A stretch of 63,576 nucleotides of DNA, filler included, from Reticulomyxa filosa (taxonomy: Eukaryota > Protista > Foraminifera), in NCBI GenBank assembly GCA_000512085.1. It is 20 parts of 20 records of this genome, joined end to end, with 100 filler letters (N's around TTAATTAATTAA, not from the genome) between each part and the next. Parts side by side here need not be neighbours in the genome. Positions count along the whole stretch, not along the records: positions 34,289 to 37,641 come from ASPP01032845.1; positions 37,742 to 42,034 come from ASPP01029675.1; positions 42,135 to 44,448 come from ASPP01018067.1; positions 44,549 to 47,310 come from ASPP01022367.1; 16 more parts are not named here. The stretch is one strand, 5' to 3'. Position numbers and translations under genes: made by a program. The notes below the pieces were generated by a model. The model did no database searches. It was not told the origin of the DNA and saw nothing but the letters and a program-made list of their open reading frames with translations. Within the stretch, counting starts at the first letter, position 1. Every line of letters starts with the position of its first letter. Positions 34,921 to 47,410 of this stretch are shown here, piece after piece.

Positions 34921-36617
34921 GCTTTAAGACAACTAAATTTTCCATGTTTCTTATTAGGATAAAGTATCGTTATGCATTGAAGATTTGTTTCAAAAGTTCA
35001 CCATATCACAAAATCGCAATCGAAAACATTTCTGCAGAAAAATCTTAGAGTTACATATCATTCTCTCGTGTATTCGAAGACAAAAAAATTTTGTCGTGCC
35101 GTTTTGCAATTTGTTTTTTATTAGGATGTTCGATTAAATAAGAATGAATTGTATATGATCAAGGGAGAATACATTTATATCATTGAAAACGGAAGTAAAA
35201 ACAAGAAACAAAAATTAAATGATGGTTCAAGGGAAGTTACAATTCGTGTTTGGGGATTAACATAAGCGAATGAACTTTGATTTGGAATTTACTATAATTT
35301 GTGTGAATTGAAAAGCATGAATAAATTTTCCAATTCATTTATTACCAAATGTAGGCAATGATTTAATTGATGTATCCTATTCTTCAATACTTTTTATGAA
35401 GCAATAAATTAACTTTTTTATTGGGTATTGGAAAAAGCTTTAATGCAATGTTTCAACTGCTTTCGATAGATTTACTTCAAATTGACATTTGATGAATTAA
35501 TGTCAGTCAAAATAAAATTTGTATATGATTTGAGACCAATAGAAATGAATTTTTTAATGGAAACTTCTACGTTTAATTTTAAAATTATCTGCACTCTAAA
35601 ATGTCTTTTTGACATTACATGTGTATGCTACGTTATGCGTTATTAAAATTTGTAATTGCGTGTGACACAATATGTGGATATCTTTTCATCAACTTAATCA
35701 AGTACTGTAGTGTACTATCCATATTTTTTAATATTAGAAAAACTTTGCAATTTCTTTTCTAAAGGGGATTATCACAGCAACACAACAGATTTAAAAAAAG
35801 AAGCAATGTGTTATTTTACTGGACAATGGAAAAAACAAAAACAAAAACGAACAAGTTGCAAAAATGTGATAGCACACTTTTGCTTTGATATTGGCCTCTC
35901 TTGCTCACTTGAGAGGAACATTTGACTCATCACATGTGACCAAAGGATTCAAATTTCGAACACGTAAATTAATGCTTGTTCTGTTTATATTAAACAAAAC
36001 TTTGAAAGAGATGACAAATTGAGTTCTCACATTTGCAAAGATAAAATAGAAAATAAAAATGATCTTGTGCAAACTGTCAAAACTGGAAGTTAATAAGCTA
36101 TTTCTTTTTTTATATTTAACATCTCTTTTAACAAAAAAAAAATGTTTATCTGTGACAGACTATAATAAACATTCCATTTTTATACCAAACAACTTTTCGT
36201 TTTTGGTATAAAAATTAATGTGAATGATTTGAATCTTTTTTCCATCAGATTAAAAAAAAATTTGAATAATGATGACAAATACATCATTTTCTAACGTTGA
36301 TTTTTCGATTGGAAACATAGTCAAATTACAATTAAAAAGCTCTACATTATTAAAATGTTTAACTTATCTATTTCGCTTGTAATTGAATTTGTAATAAGTA
36401 ATATCAAGCAATGAAAAAGACATGAAATGTTTATCAAATCAAATATTTTAAAGATGATACGATGAAGATGTTTCAAGAATTAAAGATACTTCAAAATACT
36501 AGTAAGAGAGATAATTATGAATACTTTTCTAATTTAGTTTATTTTCAGTGGTTGTTGTTCTAGACATACAAGTAAACATGCATCATCTTTCAGTTTATGG
36601 TCATGTTACTAAATAAA

Positions 36618-37641
36618 TTTTTTTTTTTTTTTTTAATTGCGTATAACAAGCAAGTTAGAGTGCCCTGATCCAATGGATATAGCACTATTAAATAAAATAA
36701 GAAACAATCGCAAAACAAATCAACTATTTTCTAAATTATATAGCTCTATATATTTGTATATGTTGTTTTCCATATCGTTATTTGACGTTATATATTTCTT
36801 TCTGACGCTACTACGAATTTTACAGCCTCTTGCACAACCTTTACTCTGATGTCAGATCTCCATGTTGTCCGTCCTATGAGTAATTCTCTCAATTTTAAGT
36901 TTCTTCCGTGTGATTCTGGTACCAAAATCTTGACGTTTGAATGCCATGTTTTCCTAATGGATTCATAGTATGGACATTTCATCAAAAAATGTTCCACAGA
37001 CTCTAATTCTTGTATGCACCATCTACATCCAGATGACTCTGCTTTTTTGATAACATGCAGGTATTGATTCAATCCAACTTTTCCAGTTATTAGTCTACAG
37101 ATAATCTTTCTTTCATGTGCTTGTAATCGATGGAGTACAATCTTTTCAAACGATTGTGCTTTGATTAAATTTCTTATAAATAGTTTCGGATGCTGGTGTC
37201 TTCTTTGTTCTGACCCTTCATTTATCCAGTGACGATTCCACTCCATTGCATAGGATGGAGCCAGTCCTGGACTGTTAACAATTATTTTTTCCTTGTTCAC
37301 AATCTGATGTAGTTCTGATTGACAATTCTCAGCTTTTTTCCTTGCTTTTTTTGCCAGTTTATCCGCTTTTTCATTTCCTGGGATTCCGGAATGTCCCTTG
37401 ATCCAGTATATCTCTGGTGTGTCTTGTTCTCCAAGAGATTGTAGAATATCATGACATTTTTGTATTTGTTCTTCGTATTTATCAGGATGTACTTTGTTTA
37501 GTATTGCATTAACAGCAAATTTGCAATCACTTAGAATCACACCTCTTTTGTCTTTGCCTCTATAATTTTCTATTGAATATTCAATTGCTTTTTTCAAACC
37601 TTCAATTTCGCATCCGATATTTGTAATTATATCTTTGATTG
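36618..37641 (-). mobile_element. Non-LTR retrotransposon (LINE) 3' end: RNase H + CCHC knuckle, 3' UTR and poly(A) tail
   Basis: E..G..KAI, ILSDCK, YWIKGHSGIPGNEKADKLAK (RNase H); LITG..GLN.YL, CRWC...ESVEHFL..C. ORF stop at 36788. T17 run at 36618-36634 is a poly(A) tail on the minus strand. Confidence 0.9.
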
Positions 37642-38621
37642 NNNNNNNNNNNNNNNNNNNNNNNNNNNNNNNNNNNNNNNNNNNNTTAATTAATTAANNN
37701 NNNNNNNNNNNNNNNNNNNNNNNNNNNNNNNNNNNNNNNNNTTTTTCATCAGAATCTATAGTTCTGAAAACTGACAGGTATATAAGTCTTTTTTAAACAA
37801 AGACAACGAACGTTGCATGAAAAGTTTTTAAGTCAATTAAGATCACATTCTGACTTATCTATATGTTAATGTTTCTCTACACAATGAAGTTGTGATTACT
37901 TTGTTGCCAACTAAAGAGTCATAATTCTTTGAAGTATTTCTTGTAAAAAAAAAGGATAAATATGTCGACAGCACGAATGACCAGACTGATAAATTAGCAG
38001 AATTTGAAAGTAAAGTGACAATAACTATAACATTGAATTTATTTATGATATTTTTCAATATAAAATTTGCATTTCTGCATTTTCAACAACAAATTTTCTG
38101 ATAATAGTTAGATATATGATTCTCTAAACATAAATGTCGTTTGAATTTGAAAAAAGAGAAAACATACGAAATGATATAAAAATTTTGTTACGTTGATAGT
38201 ACCCAAGTGAAAGTTATAATAAAGTTAACCTCTTTCGTGCGCGTTCTGCGTGTCGGTCAATGCCGATTGTTTTGGCCCTGTACGGGTTCCACCAGGGGTC
38301 ATACGCGTGTTTTGGGTGCAGATGATATGGAGAGGCTATCCCTTTCCTTTTCTTTTTTTTTTTTCCAATTATTTCAAACAAATTTCATTCAAGCAAACAT
38401 AATGTTGCTTTGCTGTTTACCAAATTTTTTTATCAACTTTTTTGGCGCTGATGGGTTTTTAAAGACATAATGTTTTTTTTTTGTAACAATCAAAACTGTG
38501 ACAATAATGAAAAGGAAAATACGGATCTGAAATTATTATAGGAGAAGATAATGTTTGTAAAAAAAACTTTGGGAACCGGTCATTTTTCAAAAATTCGAAT
38601 AGCTACATATTCATTTTTCAG

Positions 38622-40682
38622 ATGGCAGAATCAGAGCTTAAAAATGAAAAAGAAACATTAAACAAAGGTATGATAATATTGTGTTAGGTTCGTCTGGTTT
38701 TTTTTTGCAATATTTCTTTGTTTTGTTTTTTTTTTTCTAGAAACAGATAAAAAAGACGAAGGTGTGAAAGTGGTCAACAAAGAACAAGAAGAAGAAAAGC
38801 AAAAGGAAAGGAAAGATGAAGACGGAGAAGAATTGAAAATTTTGAAAGAAATAATAACAAAATTGTCTGTGAAAGATCTGTATGTTGGAATGCATCACGA
38901 CAGCAACCGTCCAAAAAATGGGTATAAATTGGGAGACTACACGATTTTCGAGCATTTGAAACAAAAAAAAGCAACACAATTTATGTTAGATGAGAAGTAT
39001 GTGCAGTTCATCGAGACTGCCACAAAAAACAAAGCAGTGGATCGTTGCGTCGGATGTATGGTTGGCATGCCAATCGGAGACGCTATTGGACATCCATTTG
39101 AATTTATTCCGGTTACACTCGCTGCTTCAAACAGTCGACCGATCTTCAATCGCAATAGTGACAATCCATGGTTAAAAAAAAAAAGGAGATTTTTTATTAC
39201 CTGTGCATTTATATTACATATACCTTTTAACACGATACACATAACATATATGTGCATATAACTTATAATAAAAAATAAAAAAGGCAAAACGAAGTGAATC
39301 GATTTAGATTGGAACGTGGACAATGGACAGACGACGCAAGCATGGGCTTGTGCATGGCAGACAGTTTAATCGTATACCAATACTTTAATGGGAGCGATCT
39401 TCGCACTAGATTTTGGAACTGGTGGTTCAATGGTTACAACAATGCGTTTCAAGGGAAGAAAGGAAGTGTGGGATTGGGTGGGAATATCGGCGAAAGTATC
39501 TATAGTTTGGAATTGGATGAGATCCCTTCGGAACGCTATGAAGTGGAACACAATCGCCAAGACAGTGGTAATGGTTTGTTGATGCGCTTGGCAGTCATTT
39601 CAATATTTTTTCACAAACACGAACAATTGTGTGTTACCGAAATCAGTCAACAGCAATCATTCACTACCCATCCTAGTTACATCGCCGCCGAGTGCTGCTC
39701 TTTCATGCCTTCATTATCATTCGCTCTATTCATCGTGACGAATCCAACATCAACAACATTCAAGACTGGCTCAATCATCTTTGCCAAGAATATAAAACCA
39801 AGATATTGCTGTATTAGTCAAACAGATTGAAACTGTTTCGATTTACTCTTTTATATATATTTATATATATATATTCTGTATACATATATACGAATTTACA
39901 TCTTTTAAAATAAATTATTGCAACAGCAAACATCGGCCGAAACAAGTGACAAAACTAAATCAAATCATGAAGATAAAGTTTACAGTCACGATAAGTCAAT
40001 TGATGAAATAGAATTAAAATTGAGAGATGTTATAAGCCAATCAAAGAGTGATGTGAACAGAGATTGGATGTTGAACGCCAAAAAATTAGTCCTTCGTTTG
40101 ATTGTAGCTAATGAACCGAATGATGGCAAAGAGAGCGTATGGAATTGGTTGGTTTTTTTTTTTAATTATCTCAATACACTTTTTTTGTCTCAAAATAAAC
40201 TTTTGTAATTTTATATCTTTTTCAGGCGTAATAAGCCAGAGGAATATAACTTGATTGGCTCGTTCAAGAAACGCAAAGAAGATAAATTCTACAATAGCTA
40301 TCCTGTTGACGCTGGATATTTTGGTAGCTATTGCATGGATGGATTAGCAATGGCATTGCACGGTGTTTATCATAGCAAGTCCTTTGGTGAAAGTATTGAA
40401 CGAGTCGTCAATTTGCTTGGTGATGCTGATACAACTGGTAGTATCGCAGGACAAATTGCAGGGAGCTATTACGGCTATCGATCCATTATATCAGAAAAAG
40501 ACTCAGCTTGGATGTTTGAAAACTTAAAAAATTGGGATGGATATAGATTCGCATTAAGTGGTGTATTATGTTCTATTTTGGGTACAATATATGATCATGA
40601 AGAAGCCAAAGAGTTAAAAACTAAAAACATTAGAGGCTCACATTTCAATATTGGAAACAAGAGTCTATGCAAAATTCAATAA
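38622..40682 (+). CDS. ADP-ribosylglycohydrolase (ARH/DraG family), multi-exon
   Basis: GCMVG..IGDAIG, GQWTDDASM, SGNG.LMRL, TTH and LGDADTTGSIAGQIAGSYYG. Probable 1-nt error near 39706. Confidence 0.9.
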
Positions 40683-41799
40683 ATGTAAAATCAAAAATTA
40701 AATATGTTAATTTTTCCTTTCCAAATATTGTTGCAATATGGAAACATCGTAATAATATACGAACACTACAAAAATCATTTCCAAAATTTTGCAGTTGTAA
40801 CATATTCAAAATAAAGCATAAACTAACCTTTTAAAAATCATGTACAAGCTACATATAACATTACGAAGATTATCTAATTGAACACATTTGTAAAATGTAT
40901 ACATATGATATCTATTTTATAACAAATTTTGAATGTATAAAGAATACATTACCGTTTAACCGTCAATTTGTCCTTAACAATGACAACAATAGCCAGAAAA
41001 ATTTTGATTATTGAAATTGAAGATTTTACAATCACATAATGTCAAACAATTTAGCATTGGGCACTGTATTATATTTCAACAAATCAACATTATTATTTTG
41101 TTCGAATGGTTTGATAGCAAGCAAATGCAATCTTCTAATGTCCAACAACCAATTTGACCTTGAAAAAGTATTTATGACTAAATTAGAAAATATTTTTTTA
41201 TTTATTTTGTATCTGTTGAATAATTAAATCGTATGAATATATGCACATATTTATTGATTTCACTATTTAGTTTATTTGTTTGTAAATTAATGTACATGCT
41301 AAAGAGAAAAGTGATCTGGATATAAATAGGACTTTAAGTCAATGAAAGACCAGAGTCTCAACAAGTAACTTTTAAGAAAGTCATACGTGTTATGTATGAG
41401 TCATAAGAATTTAGGTGAATTTCTGGATATGTTATGGGAATTTTACTTAAATCCCAAACCGGGTAGTTTACAAAAACAGAAATAAGCAGCCTTTAGAAAG
41501 GTAAATAAAAGTTCACAAATAAGCACCTTATCACTATCATTCACTATGATGAAAAATAAACTGTATCATGGCAGAGGTGTTATTCCAAAAATAGGAATTT
41601 GGCTTTTATTTTTTTTGGATATTTTCATCAGTCGCCGGAACGATAATGAATAAAAACGTGATTTACGTGATTATTTAAAAATTTTAAAATGATAACCACA
41701 CTCAACACAAAAAGATTTCCACGTTGTTCAGTGCCTATACATAAAAAAAAACAACTTTTATTACAACATCAAAAAACATTTAAAAACAATTCTTTTTTG

Positions 41800-41862
41800 C
41801 TCCTCAGATGTACGGCTTCGTCGTCATATTGACTCAGCAGTAAGTATTATCATCATATGGAG
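41800..41862 (-). ncRNA. C/D-box snoRNA candidate, copy 3 (different contig)
   Basis: CTCCATATGATGATAATACTTACTGCTGAGTCAATATGACGACGAAGCCGTACATCTGAGGAG contains boxes C, D', C' and D plus a terminal stem. Confidence 0.75.
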
Positions 41863-42225
41863 GGAAAAAAAAAAAAAAACAATTACTTAACATATAAAAA
41901 ATTGAACCATTTCATGGTCCCTTGCCTATTTGTAAAAAAAAAAAAAAAACCAACTTTCATTATAGCATCAAAAAACATTTAAAACAATTATTTTTGACCA
42001 TCAGAAGTCTTTTATCGTTCATTTGTCAGATATANNNNNNNNNNNNNNNNNNNNNNNNNNNNNNNNNNNNNNNNNNNNTTAATTAATTAANNNNNNNNNN
42101 NNNNNNNNNNNNNNNNNNNNNNNNNNNNNNNNNNCACATTTTTTTTTTTTTTTTTTTTTTTTTTTATTTAAAAAAAAAGTATCACATGGACACAATATGT
42201 ATCTGTGTATGTTATTAAAAAAAAA

Positions 42226-44317
42226 GTTGAAGCCAAATATTCCAGAACAAAATAAAAGAAAAAGACAAAGCGTTTTTTCCCAGTTTCGTTTTGTTGTTTT
42301 CTTTACCTTTACAAAAAAAAAAAAAAGAAAGAGGGGACAGAGACTGACTGGGTTTTTTTAGTCTTTTCTTTCCCCCCCTTATTTTTTTGTTGTACGTATG
42401 TTTTTTACAAGATTCAACAAAGAGCTGGAAAAGTATTTCGAGTACTGGTCCTTCGAGAACACCAGTGTGCTTGCCAAAAAAAGGAACGAAGCATTCAACG
42501 ATGATTACTTGGTACTTAAAAAAGACTTAACAGAAGTTAGTGTTGAATTGGAAGGGCAGTGTGAGAGAGAGAAAAAAAGAAAGGGTTTGTTTTTGCACGG
42601 TAATTGTCTGTGCACATGTTTATGTATTGACATTCCTAAAGGTGCATCTCAAAAGAGAAGTGGTAAGAGAATTCAAATCAAATGAAAAAAACAAAGATCC
42701 AAAAACGTTGCAAGCAATGTCGCAGATGCTGCACATTATGCTTCGTGAAGTCATGAAACAAATGGGATACGTAAACGCTGGATACAACTTATTTTTTGAA
42801 CATAAGATTGAACCAAAAAAAATTCCAGTTGATGAAGAAAGGCATTATCATCAACAACACCAGCAACAAACGATTGGAATATGGCCTGGATATAATCTCA
42901 GCTTTGTTGAGACCAAAAGAGGTCTTCAGCTATGTATTTTATTGCAGCACCGGGTTGTATCCCCATACACTGTATTTGAAATTATGCAATCAGTATGTTT
43001 ATTTGTTGTTTTTTTTTTTTCACACTTTGTCTCAAAAAAAAAACAACATCTTTTTCTTATTACGTATACACTAGACTTTTTTTTTTTGTGATAACAAAAA
43101 AGTATGAATTTGATCAACAAGAATGCAACAAAGAATTAAAAACGACAAATAAAAAAATGCCAAATCGAGGCGTAATAACACTGTACAATTATAGAACTTA
43201 TCGAGCAATTGAGTTTGATTGGGAAAAAAGTGTGGCATCCAAGATGAGCGAGAATGTGTGTATCTGATCACATCTTTTTTTTTATTAATTTGTTTGTTTG
43301 TTTTTTTAAATTTCACAAAGTATTTAATATCAATGAGATAGGAATCTAAATCGTTTGAAGAATATTATAGAGAAAAACAATACGTACGGAATGATCAACA
43401 TCTTAGCAAAGTAAAAGGATTGCTCAAGTGCCAAGGAAATAAAAAATATGAAAAATCTAAGCTCGATGAAGACGTATACCTGCTTCCAGAGCTGTGTTAC
43501 TTCACAGGCTTTTCTTTCGATCAATCAAAGGATCATCAATTTATGAAGGCTATGCAGCAAGCTATGGCACCATCTTTTGAAGCATCGCTACCATGTCTGA
43601 AGAAATTCACTCAAAGATTGAATACAGTTTGTATATTGTTCTGGAGGACAAAGGGAAGAATTATTTAAAAATATAATGTGTATGTGTGCATGTTGGTGCT
43701 GTGCCGCAAATTAATAGGAATTCAAAAAGAAAAATATTGATATCATCATAAAAGGTGCCCCGATCAAGGTCCCAAAAGTGGTTTTATCCCAACCCCCTAT
43801 CACGATCCAAGTCGGTAATCAAAAAAAGCTTTGGGAACAAGATATTGACGCAGTGGATAAAATTGATCCCAAATATAATTTTGTACCATCGTCTCCTGTC
43901 ATGAAAGATTTAAAGGATTTCAACATGTTGGAGATACACTAAAAAAAAAAAAAAAAAAAAAAGAGGCACATATAAATGTATATGCACAGTTTATTTGCTT
44001 GGTTTTTTTTCTTCATATAGTGCGGTGATGGCATGGAAGCCACAAGTAGGTAACATTGCAATAAAGGAGATTCAAGGTATTTTGGAGGAGCCAAGATACA
44101 CTTGCGTTAAATTGCCTTCGCAATACGTATACCCAAGACCACAGGATTGGTCGAAAGAATGGAAAGATATTTTGAATAACATGGTGAAAAAAGACAAGAT
44201 AAATGGAATAATTGTGATAATTCCAGACGACGGAGATGATTTATACAAAAGTGTTCACGCGTGGGGAAGAGAACAGGAAAAGAGTAGAGAAGCGGTCATT
44301 CAATGTGTTCGAAACAA
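42226..44317 (+). CDS. Piwi-clade Argonaute, N/L1/PAZ/L2/MID exons (partial at both ends)
   Basis: IGIWPGY..S......GL.LC....HRV....TV.E.M, VITLYN.RTYR....DW..S, SFEEYY, and VYLLPELCYFTG....KD..FMKAM are Piwi-type N and PAZ signatures. MID-like IIVIIP....DLY..V...G......IQCV follows. Confidence 0.88.
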
Positions 44318-44587
44318 GGTATACGTATATACGTATACATATACTTTTTTTTTTTTTTTTATGTGGTGAACTGACAGATTTTACTCATTCAATGTTTACA
44401 ACTTGTAAAAATATTTCATGTTGTGTGTTTTATTGAATTGGGGGGGGGNNNNNNNNNNNNNNNNNNNNNNNNNNNNNNNNNNNNNNNNNNNNTTAATTAA
44501 TTAANNNNNNNNNNNNNNNNNNNNNNNNNNNNNNNNNNNNNNNNNNNNAAAAAAAAATGTATTTTTTTTTTTTTTAAAAAAAAGGAA

Positions 44588-45462
44588 GTGTTTCGACGAT
44601 TGAATAAATTGTTAAATGAGTGGACAACGAAAACAAGTGAGACAAATGGACGGACCAATCCGGTGATTTATCAACGGAAGTATGAGATTGACAAAATCTA
44701 TGACAACGGCGTTCGTGTGACGTTAGACGCGAGGGACGCCAATCGAGTGGTCACGTGCATCCAAAAAGAAAAAGTGAGTGAACTGAACCTAATTTGTCCA
44801 CACATGAAATACGATATTCGCTTTTCCGCGAAAATGGAAAAGGGGTTGTATGTGCCCAAAAATCAAATCGTTAAAAAAGTTCGAACCAAAGATCGCATAT
44901 CTTATCATGTCGATAACATGTTTAGTATCGATCTGAGCACTATACATTCTTATGAGCAGTCTGCTAGGGTTACGTGCTTTTTTTTTGTTATTGTTACTTC
45001 TTAGATTTCTCTTATTACATCGTCTTTTTAATGATGCTGAAAAAACAGCTCAAAAATAAAAAAAACATTTGTTTTATTTTTTTTGCTGTTTTATTAGGAC
45101 CCTACTTTTGTGGAGAAATTAAGTCAAATACTCAAAAGTCAAAGCGAAGTTATTGGTGTTTGTTATTTGTGTGGTTCTGTGCACACACCACCTTTTTTTG
45201 TGGTTTGTGTCTACAGAAAGCTGGCTCAGAAAAGTTTCCCAAAACAACTGATTGCGAAGTAACGTTTGAAGTTGAAATTGAAATTTTTCAGAAAGAAGAC
45301 CTATTTAATCGAAGACAAGCCCTTCAAAAGGCTATGCAAGCTCAAAGCCCATCGCCTGATGGGTTCAATTTGATTATTTATCATCTGCTGCAACACGTTC
45401 AACATTTGAATGGTCTGGGCTCAAATTTACAATTCACACCACCTTTATTAATTGTGAAATGA
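44588..45462 (+). CDS. CYTH/TTM mRNA 5'-triphosphatase (Cet1-type), C-terminal exons
   Basis: VRVT, CIQKEKV..L...CP...YDIRFS...E, R.KDRISY, IDLS.I and terminal FEVEIE metal-binding motif. Confidence 0.82.
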
Positions 45463-45829
45463 AATGACACTGTTACTTGTTTTTTTAAATGTGTTTGCAA
45501 AAAATTAATTTTTTGGTCCTTTACCCATTTTAATCATTCTGTCCTTTTTTTACTCTCTTCTTCAATCTAATGCTTTCTTTTCAATTAAACTATTCTATTG
45601 ATAGAACTAAACAGTCCAATCAGTTTAAAATGCTATTTATTACTTTCAAATAAAAGTGTGAAATTAAGCTTTCAACTAGAACCTGTCTTTTTTGGCCTAC
45701 CATAAATGATTTCAGACAGCCAAAACAAATTTAGGCTTGTCTCGGAGAAAAATAAGAGATTTACGGTCAACAATCTAAATTAAAACATTTTTTGTTTGTT
45801 TTAGTTTCAAAAATTTCTTTGGTTTTATC

Positions 45830-45840
45830 TAGCCAATGAA
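45830..45840 (+). promoter_or_regulatory. CCAAT box upstream of H2B
   Basis: AGCCAATGA about 150 bp upstream of the ATG; a second CCAATCAG lies near 45615. Confidence 0.35.
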
Positions 45841-45986
45841 ATCGGCCAAGTACAAAAAAAAAGAAATTATAACCAGTCAATTACCTCTTATTCACTTTTC
45901 TTCTTTTTCAATTAACAACCAAAAATTAATTCACATAATCGTTTTATTTCCGCTATTTCAATTGATTGAAAGAAAATTGTGATATT

Positions 45987-46367
45987 ATGTCTACTCCAAG
46001 TCAATCCCAAACAAAATCTCAATCCAAATCCGTCAAAAAAACCCCATCTAAAGCAGACCCAAGCAGCGAAGGCGGCCGACGAAAAAAACAACATGAGACC
46101 TTTAACTTATACATCTTCAAAGTATTGAAACAAGTACATCCCTCCATTGGAATGAGCAAAAAAGCTATGGATATTATGAACTCGTTCGTACTTGATTGCT
46201 TTGATAGAATTGCAACTGAAGCGGGACGATTAGTGCAATACAACAAAAGACACACAATGGACGCAAGGGCTGTTCAATGTGCAGTGAAGTTAGTTTTGCC
46301 TGGGGAGTTGGCAAAACATGCTGAATCGGAAGCACAAAAAGCAGTGCAAAAATACATGGCCAAGTAA
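45987..46367 (+). CDS. H2B: Histone H2B (intronless)
   Basis: [42 protein letters not shown]...[15 protein letters not shown]. Confidence 0.97.
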   Translation: MSTPSQSQTKSQSKSVKKTPSKADPSSEGGRRKKQHETFNLYIFKVLKQVHPSIGMSKKAMDIMNSFVLDCFDRIATEAGRLVQYNKRHTMDARAVQCAVKLVLPGELAKHAESEAQKAVQKYMAK

Positions 46368-46385
46368 AAGTTTTGGTTGCGTTGT

Positions 46386-46410
46386 AACCAGGTGTTTTTT
46401 AACACCACCA
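46386..46410 (+). terminator. Replication-dependent histone mRNA 3' stem-loop
   Basis: aacca-GGTGTT-TTTT-AACACC-acca: 6-bp stem starting GG, 4-nt U-rich loop and ACCA 3' flank, 23 nt after the H2B stop. Confidence 0.85.
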
Positions 46411-47016
46411 AATTATTTTGTTTTCTTATTTGATTGTGTAAGCGTTTGCTCTCGTTATTTGATTTGAAGTAAGTTTTTTTTATCCGTTCAAAAAAAAAGT
46501 TTTCTGCTCGGTGTTATCGAGAACAAAGAGTTTTTGTTAGAATTTTTTACTTGGAAGGGGCCACCCTTGTGCGTTGAAAATGCAAGTTTTTTTAGCATTG
46601 AATTGCAAAAAATGTTGATGCAAATGAAATTCCATTGTCTTTTATTCAATTGAGTAAATTCTGACATCAAATCGTGGGTTTTTTTTTCTTTACAACTTTC
46701 GCATTCTTTTTAACTGCGAGAGTCAGAAAAAATGCAATGTATTTACTTTTACGACATTTGTACACTCTCTTTTAAACATTTGCGTGCTGTATTTAGCTTT
46801 CACAATATTTTTTAAGTGTCCGCTTCACTATCACAGACATTTCTAATGAAATCCTTACATTTTGGCTTTTCTTTTATTTAAAATAGTACAGAAATTATTG
46901 TACTATCAAATTTTTGTACATTCTCAACATAAATCAAGTTGGGGGGTTTCCCCATAAAAATCTTATCAATTGACATTATCGTTTAAACTTTGAAAATCCT
47001 ATCTAAATAAAACTTA

Positions 47017-47310
47017 ATGGATGAAGAATATGTAGGTGGTCCAACGTCGGAAATGGATCAAACAGAATCAAGAGCTGAAGGAAACGTATCTGTGATCAAC
47101 CAAAGACACGTGAACTCAAACAATCAAGAAACAGAGCAATTAGAAATTGATGTCAATGGAAACCCTGCTGAGTTCAACGATTACTTATGTCCAAGCATTT
47201 GGAGTATTGCTTGTTGTTTTATATGCGGTATACCTGCATTTTTGAATGTTCAAGCAGCAACTGAGGCGTATTGGATTGGAGATTATAGTTTAGCAAAGAT
47301 ATATAGTGTT
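47017..47310 (+). CDS. CD225/dispanin (IFITM-like) family protein (3' partial)
   Basis: DYL..SI.S..CC..CGI.A.......A...GDY..AK..S matches the CD225 pattern, including the CC pair and GD motif. Confidence 0.7.
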
Positions 47311-47410
47311 NNNNNNNNNNNNNNNNNNNNNNNNNNNNNNNNNNNNNNNNNNNNTTAATTAATTAANNNNNNNNNNNNNNNNNNNNNNNNNNNNNNNNNN
47401 NNNNNNNNNN

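Noticed and set aside
34950-35265. Possible WD40 remnant (SPYH..., TIRVWG)
   Set aside because: Too decayed to support with any continuous reading frame.
34289-40682. ART plus ARH as a toxin-antitoxin pair
   Set aside because: Separated by a spacer at 37642-37741, and the ART copy is a pseudogene.
8243-47310. Apparent defence island (NLR, LOTUS-kinase, ART, ARH, Piwi, dispanin, Serinc)
   Set aside because: These genes sit on different contigs joined artificially, so no linkage can be inferred.
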